A program made the position numbers and the translations under genes. The notes beneath the pieces were generated by a model that ran no database searches, was not told the origin of the DNA, and saw nothing but the letters and a program-made list of their open reading frames with translations. Source: Octopus sinensis (taxonomy: Eukaryota). From it: a stretch of 64,000 nt of DNA. Of this stretch, positions 39,223-45,759 are shown one piece after another (positions within the stretch are counted from its first letter, which is position 1; the number at the start of each line of letters is the position of its first letter). The stretch is from assembly GCF_006345805.1 (NCBI RefSeq), contig NC_043005.1, forward strand, positions 30,814,001-30,878,000, in the 5' to 3' direction.

Positions 39223-42066
39223 ACTTCTAGAATCTCAATTTTGTTATGATAGGTAAGTCTTCTTGAAACTACATATTCCCAGTCATCCTGGACTTTTGTC
39301 ATTTCCTCAGTGAGGTTCAATGTCCTAAGATAAGTTTTCAGCTCTTCATTGGGTTACCCACTTCTGCAAGTTACATCCACATTAAGTGATCGGTACTTCA
39401 TTATAGAGCTAAGCTCACCCATACACATCATATGTCCATATCAGAACAATCTTCTTTCTTGCACACAACATAGGATTCCTCTGATGTCCATCTTTTCTCT
39501 GAAAACATTTGTAGTTTGTTGTTCATGCAAACTAAATGGAGTATGCTGGCTTCATTTCTTTTTAGCCTTCTCAAGTCTCCTGCATCCAAGGCCCATGCCT
39601 CACTACCATACAGCATTGCAGTCCTAGCACAATTTTCCCTTCATTCTGAGGGGAAAGACCTTTGTTGCCAGTAATGGTAGTAGTTTGCTGAACTTTTTCC
39701 TTGGCTACTATACTTTGGCAGCAACCACCACCCTAATATTTAATCTTTTAGGTAGCAAAACCTATTGAATACTTCCAAAAAAACCAAAAGAATCTACCTT
39801 TGATGTGCACATAGTTCATACTGCTTCAGTGCATCTGTGAAATATGACACTTATTTCATCTGCTAGTTTGCCTGCGATTCAACTACGCCTCTTGTGTGAC
39901 CATAGCTTACATTGGGTACAGCATATGACAGTTATACCTACTCCTTTTCTGCATATTGAGCAAGGACATTTCCCGGAAAATAGTTGAGTCATGTCTCTTT
40001 TTCCCCATTTACTAAAACTTTTGTCTTTGATATGTTTAACTTTAGGTCTCTCAATTCTTGATTTAGTTTCCATGCCAGAAATTTCTTCTCTGGTCCCTCC
40101 CCTAGAGAACTAGATTGTCAATATATAGGAGCTCCCATGCACAGTAAGTCTGAAACTGCACTGTGATGGCCTGTAGTACTATAATGAGAACTGAACATTG
40201 ATGGATTGCTACCATCATGCTAAATTCTGAAATTATTGTTGACTATCACTATACTTTGTGACATAGATGAGTGAAATTCCAGTCTACTCAGTAAACAAGA
40301 ACCTTGGTATCATAGTGGAGATAGTTATTTGGAAACACCCTCTTTTTGAGTAATCTTATTCAGTGTGCAGTTATTAGAAATTATGCTGCCTCAGTGTCTG
40401 AACTGAGAAGGCAAGGTTAATCATTGCTGTTGTACTGATAAAGTGTGGAGGAGAGAGGGCAATAATGTGTGCTATTTAAAGATTGCCACATTCTTCTGAA
40501 TGCTAACTGTCAACCCTGTAACAGGAATGTTTGGCAGTCCCAAAACACTTAAAAATTGAACTTGGTTCACTGTATCTGATGCAAAAACATTGATAGGTCG
40601 TCTTGCAGCAAAAATTATTTTTACTGTGCATCAATCTTACAGAAGAGTCATTGTGATTCAAGTGTGACATTTTCTGCTGATAATATGGAACGAATCATTT
40701 AAGTAATAACTCTAACCATAATCATCCAGCAATGTACAAGACTTATTAGAGTAAACATATTTGTCTCCCTTGTTCTTTTCGCTAACTAGGATCTCCGCTT
40801 GCGTTTTCAGCAATCCTTTATTTGTGATTTCTGTTAAGTCAATTGCATATAGTGATGACAAACACGTTCTAAATAATTGTGATTTGATTGTCTTAGATAT
40901 TAATAAAATGAAAAGTGTGCTATTATTGTTACTGAAACAAAGAAAGACATGATTAGACTGTTTATTAAGTCTACATAGGAGCCACGGCCAGTCAACGAGA
41001 AAACCTCTACGTTGTTGCTAAAGCTGCCAGAATATCAGTAATGTCACAAATAACAACCAACCGTCTTTAAAAAAGGGGCGGGGGATAACAGATATTGTAG
41101 TCCAAGATTAACTGTGCCTGAAAAGATGAGATGGTCATAGCTAGAATGTCTTTATATAGGCCTGCTAGATTAAGTGCTAACATGGGACTAAGAATTTTCT
41201 GACAACGAAGAACTGTATTTAGTTCTCAGCCTACAAAAAATAGTAGTAAAATTTCCATCAAATCACACCCTTTCATAATATGGCCCTGCATTTTATCATA
41301 AGTTTGACTTGAACAGGTCTGACAAGGGTCTTCACTACTGCATGATAACCAGTTTGACATATATGAGATAATGGTTGTCCTAATGAAAATCTTGACAAGG
41401 AACTAATAGAAACCTTTAAAACATCGTATATAATCACAGTCTAAAAAAAAACTCTGAGATGGATTTGTTTTGAAAGTTACAAATTTTACGAACAAAGACG
41501 AGTCAACAAATAAGCTTCTAAGTTACTGCTCAATCTAGAAATAACAGGCAATACTCCGTCGAATTAAACTATTAGTCACATAGGTCAAAACATCTTTCAT
41601 GCGGGTACAGGCAACTGGCAAAAGATCAAAGAATTAAACAATAAAAGTCTGAAAATTTAAAAGTAAAACAAAAAATTCTCAAAATAACCCACCCACCCCC
41701 GTATTACTCGCGGGACCCTATTACTTTGTGAAATTAGCCGATGTTAGGGCACCTTCTTAAACTGCATAACTATTTAATGCTGAATAAAAATTAACACTGA
41801 AATAAGGATTGCTCTCGCCTCATTTAAGAAAAAATATTATATTCTAGGATATACCGAAAGATTATATATGCATTTGTTTTTCTAGGATATACCATTAAAA
41901 TGAAAAGCTGCTAAAACGAAGAAAGATTTTTATCCAAATAAAAAATAAAACTAACCTGCTTCTTCATCTGCTTCCATCTCATCCACTGCTCGGCAGAAAT
42001 TTCATTTTCGAGAATCTTAAAAAGCTGATTTTCAGAATTAGTTCCATCACCAGCCATGTTTTCCAT
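1121..42066 (-). CDS. GTF3C3: General transcription factor IIIC subunit 3 (TFIIIC-102/Tfc4, TPR protein); 24 coding exons in window, final exon outside window
   Basis: Spliced translation matches remembered GTF3C3 motifs in order: [67 protein letters not shown]. All 23 internal introns are GT-AG with consistent phases; 888 codons with no internal stop. Confidence 0.97.
1444..1568 (-). CDS. GTF3C3: GTF3C3 exon 23 (GEYVNVYRQ...FIHMACQK...ALLIQ)
   Basis: Conserved motif, canonical splice sites. Confidence 0.97.
1860..2445 (+). mobile_element. RTE-clade LINE fragment (RT C-terminal region)
   Basis: [41 protein letters not shown] motifs; one stop. Confidence 0.9.
2934..3009 (-). CDS. GTF3C3: GTF3C3 exon 22 ([25 protein letters not shown])
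   Basis: Conserved motif, phase 0 to 1. Confidence 0.96.
3232..3570 (+). mobile_element. Internally deleted mariner element (MITE-like)
   Basis: Inverted GGTCTGATCAATAA at 3237-3250 and 3552-3565 in TA context; EQRISIKFC transposase N-terminus remnant. Confidence 0.7.
3820..3930 (-). mobile_element. Degenerate tRNA-derived SINE head
   Basis: A-box-like tagcttaatgg and B-box-like agttcaattcc on the minus strand. Confidence 0.45.
4474..4572 (-). CDS. GTF3C3: GTF3C3 exon 21 ([14 protein letters not shown]...[12 protein letters not shown])
   Basis: Highly conserved motif, canonical splice sites. Confidence 0.97.
5012..5745 (-). mobile_element. hAT (Buster/Charlie-like) transposase C-terminal remnant
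   Basis: Ordered degenerate motifs [29 protein letters not shown] and terminal KQEQRSH*; interrupted by a poly(A/T) run. Confidence 0.75.
5944..6030 (-). CDS. GTF3C3: GTF3C3 exon 20 (EAEFLCL...[11 protein letters not shown])
   Basis: AYNxIR motif, canonical splice sites. Confidence 0.93.
7085..7490 (-). mobile_element. Mariner transposase fragment
   Basis: [29 protein letters not shown] motifs; frameshifted. Confidence 0.85.
8400..8810 (-). mobile_element. RTE LINE fragment (pre-RT region)
   Basis: [18 protein letters not shown] motif. Confidence 0.75.
8892..8996 (-). CDS. GTF3C3: GTF3C3 exon 19 ([11 protein letters not shown]...EEKYK)
   Basis: Canonical splice sites, 105 nt, phase 0 to 0. 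Confidence 0.87.
10449..10504 (-). CDS. GTF3C3: GTF3C3 exon 18 ([19 protein letters not shown])
   Basis: Matches the DDWW-type segment, canonical splice sites, phase 1 to 0. Confidence 0.88.
10640..11232 (-). mobile_element. RTE LINE fragment (RT C-terminus plus start of 3' UTR)
   Basis: Closely similar (about 85-90% by eye) to 1975-2445, in the opposite orientation. Confidence 0.9.
11235..11290 (-). mobile_element. Truncated tRNA-derived SINE head
   Basis: tggcatagtcgttaagagcg...gagttcgaag, A/B-box layout. Confidence 0.5.
11290..11860 (-). mobile_element. Penelope-like element, GIY-YIG endonuclease region
   Basis: [59 protein letters not shown] motifs. Confidence 0.85.
11955..12110 (+). 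mobile_element. Penelope-type pseudo-LTR segment carrying a hammerhead-like motif
   Basis: gacac-CTGATGA-a-ggct...agcc-GAAA-tgtt-gtgtt; second degenerate copy at 44890-44995. Confidence 0.65.
11993..12038 (+). ncRNA. Degenerate minimal type I hammerhead ribozyme motif
   Basis: Stem I GACAC/GTGTT, CUGAUGA core, stem II GGCT/AGCC, GAAA, minimal stem III. Confidence 0.55.
12110..12370 (+). mobile_element. Mariner 3' end with right TIR
   Basis: [13 protein letters not shown] motif; terminal ttatttatgggatgacccaata matches the TIR at 18099-18120. Confidence 0.75.
12509..12583 (-). CDS. GTF3C3: GTF3C3 exon 17 ([17 protein letters not shown]...)
   Basis: tttcag acceptor, GTAAAG donor, phase 1 to 1; sequence poorly conserved. 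Confidence 0.78.
13842..13971 (-). CDS. GTF3C3: GTF3C3 exon 16 ([12 protein letters not shown]...VFRK)
   Basis: ctgcag acceptor, GTAAAC donor, 130 nt. Confidence 0.9.
14333..14650. repeat. (TA)n/(TG)n/(CA)n microsatellite complex with an embedded 120-bp element (14461-14580)
   Basis: Direct reading; embedded element is the reverse complement of about 45350-45472. Confidence 0.9.
15050..15078 (-). CDS. GTF3C3: GTF3C3 exon 15, 29-nt microexon ([10 protein letters not shown])
   Basis: Pyrimidine tract plus aatcag, GTAAGT donor; needed to bridge phase 1 to 0. Confidence 0.85.
16011..16194 (-). CDS. GTF3C3: GTF3C3 exon 14 ([11 protein letters not shown]...[13 protein letters not shown]...)
   Basis: TPR match, canonical splice sites, 184 nt. 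Confidence 0.97.
16250..16440 (+). mobile_element. Degenerate SINE
   Basis: Resembles other SINE bodies in the window (ttgggcaagt...cttgtg...gaaattgaa.agaag). Confidence 0.4.
17220..18120 (-). mobile_element. Mariner element, 5' two-thirds with left TIR
   Basis: TIR tattaggtcatctcataaataa; [36 protein letters not shown] motifs with stops. Confidence 0.88.
18125..18370 (+). mobile_element. Penelope-like GIY-YIG fragment
   Basis: [26 protein letters not shown]. Confidence 0.65.
18371..18803 (+). repeat. 28-bp minisatellite, about 15.5 copies
   Basis: Consensus GAGAAAAGACTTCCAGTAGGGGTTCAAG, units counted by eye. Confidence 0.95.
19121..19366 (-). mobile_element. 5'-truncated RTE (BovB-like) LINE 3' end with (TAGA)n tail
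   Basis: YFGHIMRR...[14 protein letters not shown]...AQDRTDWR followed by the tail. Confidence 0.88.
19803..19949 (-). CDS. GTF3C3: GTF3C3 exon 13 (PLMQPF...[11 protein letters not shown]...TYNE)
   Basis: Conserved motif, canonical splice sites, 147 nt. Confidence 0.97.
20617..20704 (-). CDS. GTF3C3: GTF3C3 exon 12 ([22 protein letters not shown]...)
   Basis: PIDLRAKL motif, phase 2 to 0. Confidence 0.93.
21866..22048. repeat. Foldback/MITE-like element with 42-bp inverted arms
   Basis: 21866-21907 vs 22007-22048, 39/42 identity. Confidence 0.85.
22118..22227 (-). CDS. GTF3C3: GTF3C3 exon 11 ([11 protein letters not shown]...RLIPV)
   Basis: ttttaag acceptor, GTAAGT donor, phase 0 to 2. 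Confidence 0.88.
23060..23160 (+). mobile_element. LINE APE-endonuclease remnant
   Basis: [23 protein letters not shown] resembles the RTE endonuclease AYAP..KDxFY motif. Confidence 0.45.
23514..23778 (+). mobile_element. tRNA-derived SINE
   Basis: ggaggcgcaatggcccagtgattag head, degenerate B box, ctgcgatggactggcatcc central block. Confidence 0.7.
24634..24692 (-). CDS. GTF3C3: GTF3C3 exon 10 ([20 protein letters not shown])
   Basis: Canonical splice sites, phase 1 to 0, 59 nt. Confidence 0.9.
26018..26105 (-). CDS. GTF3C3: GTF3C3 exon 9 ([11 protein letters not shown]...NLITSE)
   Basis: Canonical splice sites, phase 0 to 1, 88 nt. Confidence 0.92.
28232..28404 (-). CDS. GTF3C3: GTF3C3 exon 8 (AIRCDASN...LARDTSR)
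   Basis: TPR match, tactag acceptor, GTATGT donor, 173 nt. Confidence 0.95.
29495..29609 (-). CDS. GTF3C3: GTF3C3 exon 7 ([16 protein letters not shown]...CYSK)
   Basis: TPR match, canonical splice sites, 115 nt. Confidence 0.96.
30290..30540 (+). mobile_element. Very degenerate restriction-like-endonuclease (R4-like) LINE remnant
   Basis: DMKAII..DV..K...LEKEIKY..E...IGVVI-like spacing only. Confidence 0.3.
31230..31720 (+). mobile_element. R4-like LINE remnant (region upstream of RT)
   Basis: [31 protein letters not shown] motifs. Confidence 0.5.
31945..32002 (+). ncRNA. Degenerate type I hammerhead ribozyme motif
   Basis: CTGATGA, stem II GTATA/TATGC, GAAA, stem III ACT/AGT, GTC cleavage triplet, stem I 6/7 paired; three extra nt before GAAA. 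Confidence 0.5.
32314..32390 (-). CDS. GTF3C3: GTF3C3 exon 6 ([26 protein letters not shown])
   Basis: TPR match, ctttcag acceptor, GTAAAT donor. Confidence 0.96.
33805..33928 (-). CDS. GTF3C3: GTF3C3 exon 5 ([20 protein letters not shown]...EVIRL)
   Basis: Hallmark GLMGEAN motif; CAGCAG acceptor; GTAACA donor. Confidence 0.97.
34335..34805 (+). mobile_element. RTE LINE 3' UTR copy with three about 67-bp internal tandem units and (GAT)n tail
   Basis: 5' end matches the post-ORF part of the 10640-11232 copy; tail gttaaacgatgatgatg. Confidence 0.85.
35245..36300. repeat. About 1-kb polypurine (GA-rich) complex satellite built from GAGAGCAGGAGAGAGG-like units
   Basis: Direct reading. Confidence 0.95.
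36375..36425 (-). mobile_element. Short RTE 3' tail fragment
   Basis: Reverse complement of 34750-34805. Confidence 0.75.
36566..36594 (-). CDS. GTF3C3: GTF3C3 exon 4, 29-nt microexon ([10 protein letters not shown])
   Basis: Strong pyrimidine tract plus ctttag, donor GTAAGT; needed to bridge phase 1 to phase 0. Confidence 0.88.
36725..36931 (-). CDS. GTF3C3: GTF3C3 exon 3 (GQITFNEF...acidic tract...WSPTPTP)
   Basis: ctatag acceptor, GTAAGA donor, 207 nt, phase 1 to 1. Confidence 0.9.
37832..38060. mobile_element. piggyBac-like MITE
   Basis: Ends (a)taacccattagcatt and aacactaaagggttaa, imperfect inverted, TTAA-type. Confidence 0.5.
38553..38763 (-). CDS. GTF3C3: GTF3C3 exon 2 (AGDLLVSS...LTLKFLN)
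   Basis: ttccacag acceptor, GTAAGA donor, 211 nt open frame, phase 0 to 1. Confidence 0.88.
39350..40085 (-). mobile_element. RTE LINE fragment including a Cys-rich insert in the RT region
   Basis: [23 protein letters not shown] and MLYGSEAW motifs. Confidence 0.8.
41956..42066 (-). CDS. GTF3C3: GTF3C3 coding exon 1 (MENMAGDG...WKQMKKQ)
   Basis: ATG at 42066 (alternative at 42057), in-frame stop upstream, donor GTTAGT, phase 0. Confidence 0.85.
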
Positions 42067-42239
42067 TTTCACTAACTCCACAAGAGGCCTCTAAACTGAA
42101 GTTACTAAAGGGAGTAATTATTTCTTTTCTTAGCTCAGTGTGCTTGTTTAACCAAGACTAACTGATATTTATTTTTATTGACCACCAGAGTTATTAAAAT
42201 CTACAATGGATTTTGAAAACAGGAGTTGCAATCTGAATG

Positions 42240-42720
42240 CAAAGGTTCAGAGTGTTTGCGTTACTAGAAATAATATCAACAACAATAACACAACACTGAA
42301 CACCGGAGGTAATCACACGGTGTAGCGATTCCGGATTGCCTCCCGGTAACTTGAAATTGCATTCAGATTACTTGGCTGGCGGGATGAAATTGATTTCAAA
42401 TTACCCCTGGCAGTAATTTGAAATCAGCCCGCTTTAATTTTGCTCATTTTGCTTTCAATTTTGGTGTATCAATGCAACTCTGAATTTTGATAACGATCAA
42501 CCAATTACTTTATTTCCTAAATTAAAGAATCTGATATTATTTGGAATTAAAGTTGGGAAATTTGGGTAATTTTAGTCAATCAACAGACTGCGAAGCAGTA
42601 ACAGCTTGTTACCATGACAACCGCACGTTGTGTTCCACCCGATTGTTGTGTTGATTCTTTACACCACGAGATTTACTTCACCCGCGTGTTTTGTTTCAAT
42701 AAAAATCTATATTTATCTAT
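42240..42720. promoter_or_regulatory. Probable GTF3C3 promoter region: CpG-enriched, with palindromes
   Basis: Local CpG enrichment about 170-650 bp upstream of the ATG; inverted repeats at 42303-42346 and 42379-42432. Confidence 0.55.
42608..42621. promoter_or_regulatory. RFX X-box-like site GTTACCATGACAAC
   Basis: Fits the RTHNYY-WT-RRNRAC X-box consensus; lies in the CpG-rich upstream region. Confidence 0.5.
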
Positions 42721-43564
42721 TGGAATTTTATTATAGATATTTTTCGTCGATTGTCTTAATATTTTACATATTTTCATATATAGCAAAAGTTGTTTGCGAT
42801 GTTTGTACAGTTTCTTGACATTATGAAGGCGAATGGAATATGATAACTTAGGACAGATAATTTGATATTATTTTTTAATTATGTATGCAAAAACATATAG
42901 GGTACAGGTATTCTTGTTCTTGGGACAAATTCTTTGTTGACGAATGTTATTCTTATCGTAGTTTACAACTCCAAGTATGAAGTTTTGGAGACAAACGCCC
43001 CCTTTTCACACACACATGCACTTATATATTAATGATGTACACAAATACATGACAGGTATGCATTATACTGAAATACGCATAAAGTAAACACATGCCGACT
43101 AACTATATTAATATAACAAATTTTTAAAAATTAATAAAAAACATTCAATCAATGAAGAGACAAAAGAAACAGTAAGATGATACGTGTTGATTTTATTAGG
43201 TATTTCTGTTTATTTAGAAACCTACAGTGAAAAGGTCATTTCACAGACGCTAAACTATAAATTTCACAGGGTACAACCTTAAACTTGACACTGCTCCACA
43301 AAACGCAGAAATTTTGTCTCGCTATTGGCTAGAAATACAGTTTTTTCAATTCCTAAACCTCTGTAATTTTTTCCTCCATGACATCATACCTTCATAGCAA
43401 TTAGACTGGAAAACTATATTATTATAGCCAATTTTCAGATTTTTTTACTGTCTTTTTAAAAAAATGCATATTTTGCAAATGAAAAAAACTAGATCCTCCC
43501 CCTCAGATCCTTTCCCAAATGTTCCCCAAAGGTGGCAAATTGGAACACTAGATAAAACGATTTC

Positions 43565-43712
43565 AATTTCTGCTGAGGTCTACTCTTGGGGTCGTTGAAA
43601 TAGTACTAGTTTAGCACTGAGGTTAATGTAATTGACTAAACCCCTCTGCTAAAATTTTAGGCTTTGCGTCTATAGTAGAAAGGATTATTATTATCATCAT
43701 TATTATTATAAA
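43565..43712 (+). mobile_element. 5'-truncated SINE with (ATT)n tail
   Basis: gaggtctact...ggggtcg..aaatagtactag central block shared with 59794-60207. Confidence 0.6.
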
Positions 43713-43957
43713 CTAGTATACCCATATCATCAAAAGTACCTACAGTTTTGTTAATTAAAGTGAACGCTTGAATAGTTGGGCAAACACTATTTTAGAAGAA
43801 AGTGATGGGACAGGTGAAGTTGCCGTATTTAAATAGTATTTGGAATCACTCATATGAAAAGAGTATGTAGTTGACTCTCTCTCTCTCTCTCTCTCTGTTA
43901 TATATATACATGAATACAGATGTAGTAGATAACAGCTAGCCTTCGGCACTTGGACCC

Positions 43958-44378
43958 TGTTGTGTCCACTACTCTGATTGGTTGGTATTAGCGCAATTTG
44001 TCTCTTGCTCTATTACGCGCCACTGTGCAACCCAACCAATTGCAGCCTTCTAAATCACCGTTTGCATTGACTGGTCCCTGTAAAATGCTAGCTTCAACAC
44101 CAAGTTGATGTCTTTCGGTTCTAGACCTTCTAAGGTGTAAGCACACAGCCAGTTCCAGTGACAACACCAGCAGCCACATGGAGAAACATCAACACTTCAT
44201 CCAGCAGCATACAGGACACCCATCTCTGTCGCCTCCGTCTTAATGTCAACATCTCTCTACGTACACCCAGGTTCTATCTCAACACTGTTTGTGAATTACT
44301 TCACCATGGTTAACAGTAAATACAACCTACGAGAACTTCCTGTATCAAATGACCGGTAGCAGCATAGTAGCCACAACT
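43958..44378. repeat. Possible solo LTR
   Basis: TGTTGTG...CACAAC termini, higher GC; no TSD identified. Confidence 0.25.
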
Positions 44379-45221
44379 TCTTACATGACATGTGCCTCAA
44401 CCGGCTCTGCTTCCTTTCACCTCAACTTCTTGTTACAGCACTTCATCTATTATGTACCTTACTACGAACTGGTATTTATCTTCCTTGTGTCTGAATATTA
44501 TTCTTCTAGTGTCCTATTATAGACTTTTTCTATGCTCTGTATTTAATGCACACAGATACACATTATGTATACATGATGGCCTGTCTATTATTATTATTAT
44601 TATTATGCTTATATGATGCACACATGCTAGCACATAAATAAAATCTTTCTCTTAAACATTCTACCGGTTGTGTCTTTCTTTTCCTTCTGGCACTTGTACT
44701 CATTCATACTTTTCATATTTATTGTATCGACCATGCGATGTACTAAAGGAACCATTCTCATCACCTCTCCTTTGCACGGTCATTCTACAAGTAAATACCA
44801 GTTGCTGCTGCAAACTCAAGAAGGTTCTAGATCAAAATTTGCTCCAAAATCAAGTATTCAAAGGTAGATAAAACATTTCTTGATAATGAAAAGGACACCT
44901 GGGGAAATATCAACCGAAATGTTGTGTTAACAACAAACAAGATGAGACAAATATCTGTCAAATGTATATAATGTACCTAATTCCTCATCTCCAAATCTTA
45001 ATAAAGATTACTGTTCTTATTTTATTACTTTAACTCATGTCCATTGTCTGGAAATCTTTCATCACACATCTATGACCTCTTCAATAACACTTTTCATTTT
45101 TGCATGTGTTCTTGTTCTAGTGTATAGAAATAATGATAGACTACCCTAGTAAGCACCCTAACTATAGATTACCTGTTTTAGACACTGAACTCTACCTAGA
45201 AATGAAGAACGATAAGGTTCT

Positions 45222-45467
45222 AAACAAGGAGAGTAACAAACGATCTATCATGATATATATATATGCATACATATATATATATATATATATATCATGATAG
45301 ATCGTTAGTTACTTTCCTTGTTTCTCTACTTGTTTTTTCTGTCCCTTCTGTAGAAGAGCGTAGGCTCGAAACATAAAAGACTTTTTCTATTCCTGGGCAT
45401 TATACTAATACATCTGTTTTTCTTTGTACACCATCTGTCTTCGTCTTTTGTTTTTATCGTAAACTCT

Positions 45468-45498
<31 letters not shown>

Positions 45499-45500
45499 AG
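45222..45500 (+). mobile_element. (TA)n-embedded small non-coding element with hammerhead-like motif and inverted terminal duplication
   Basis: Homologous to 14461-14580; palindrome 45222-45323; CTGTAGA-A-GAGC-GTAG-GCTC-GAAAC at 45348-45372. Confidence 0.7.
45344..45379 (+). ncRNA. Minimal type I hammerhead-like motif (variant core)
   Basis: Perfect 4-bp stem II with tetraloop between CUGUAGA and GAAA; short stem I; minimal stem III. Confidence 0.5.
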
Positions 45501-45759
45501 TTCAGCAAAATATAGATTCAGATGAATATGGTACTTAAGTTAAAGGCACCAGAATTTGGTATAGTATTATATAAATCAAATGGGGTGATTATAATCAAAA
45601 TAGGCAACAAGGATATCCAAGGTAGTGTAGTACAATCGTTTCATGCTACTTCATTTTATTAAACAATGTATTACATCAGTTTTAAAATGTAGAGCAATCT
45701 TCAGCCACATATAGAATTTTTTAATTAAATAGACAATGTACATTTTTATACTTATTCCA

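Noticed and set aside
1121-42066. U12-type or non-canonical introns in GTF3C3
   Set aside because: All donors read are ordinary GT(A/T)NN with AG acceptors; no GTATCCTT or ATATCC.
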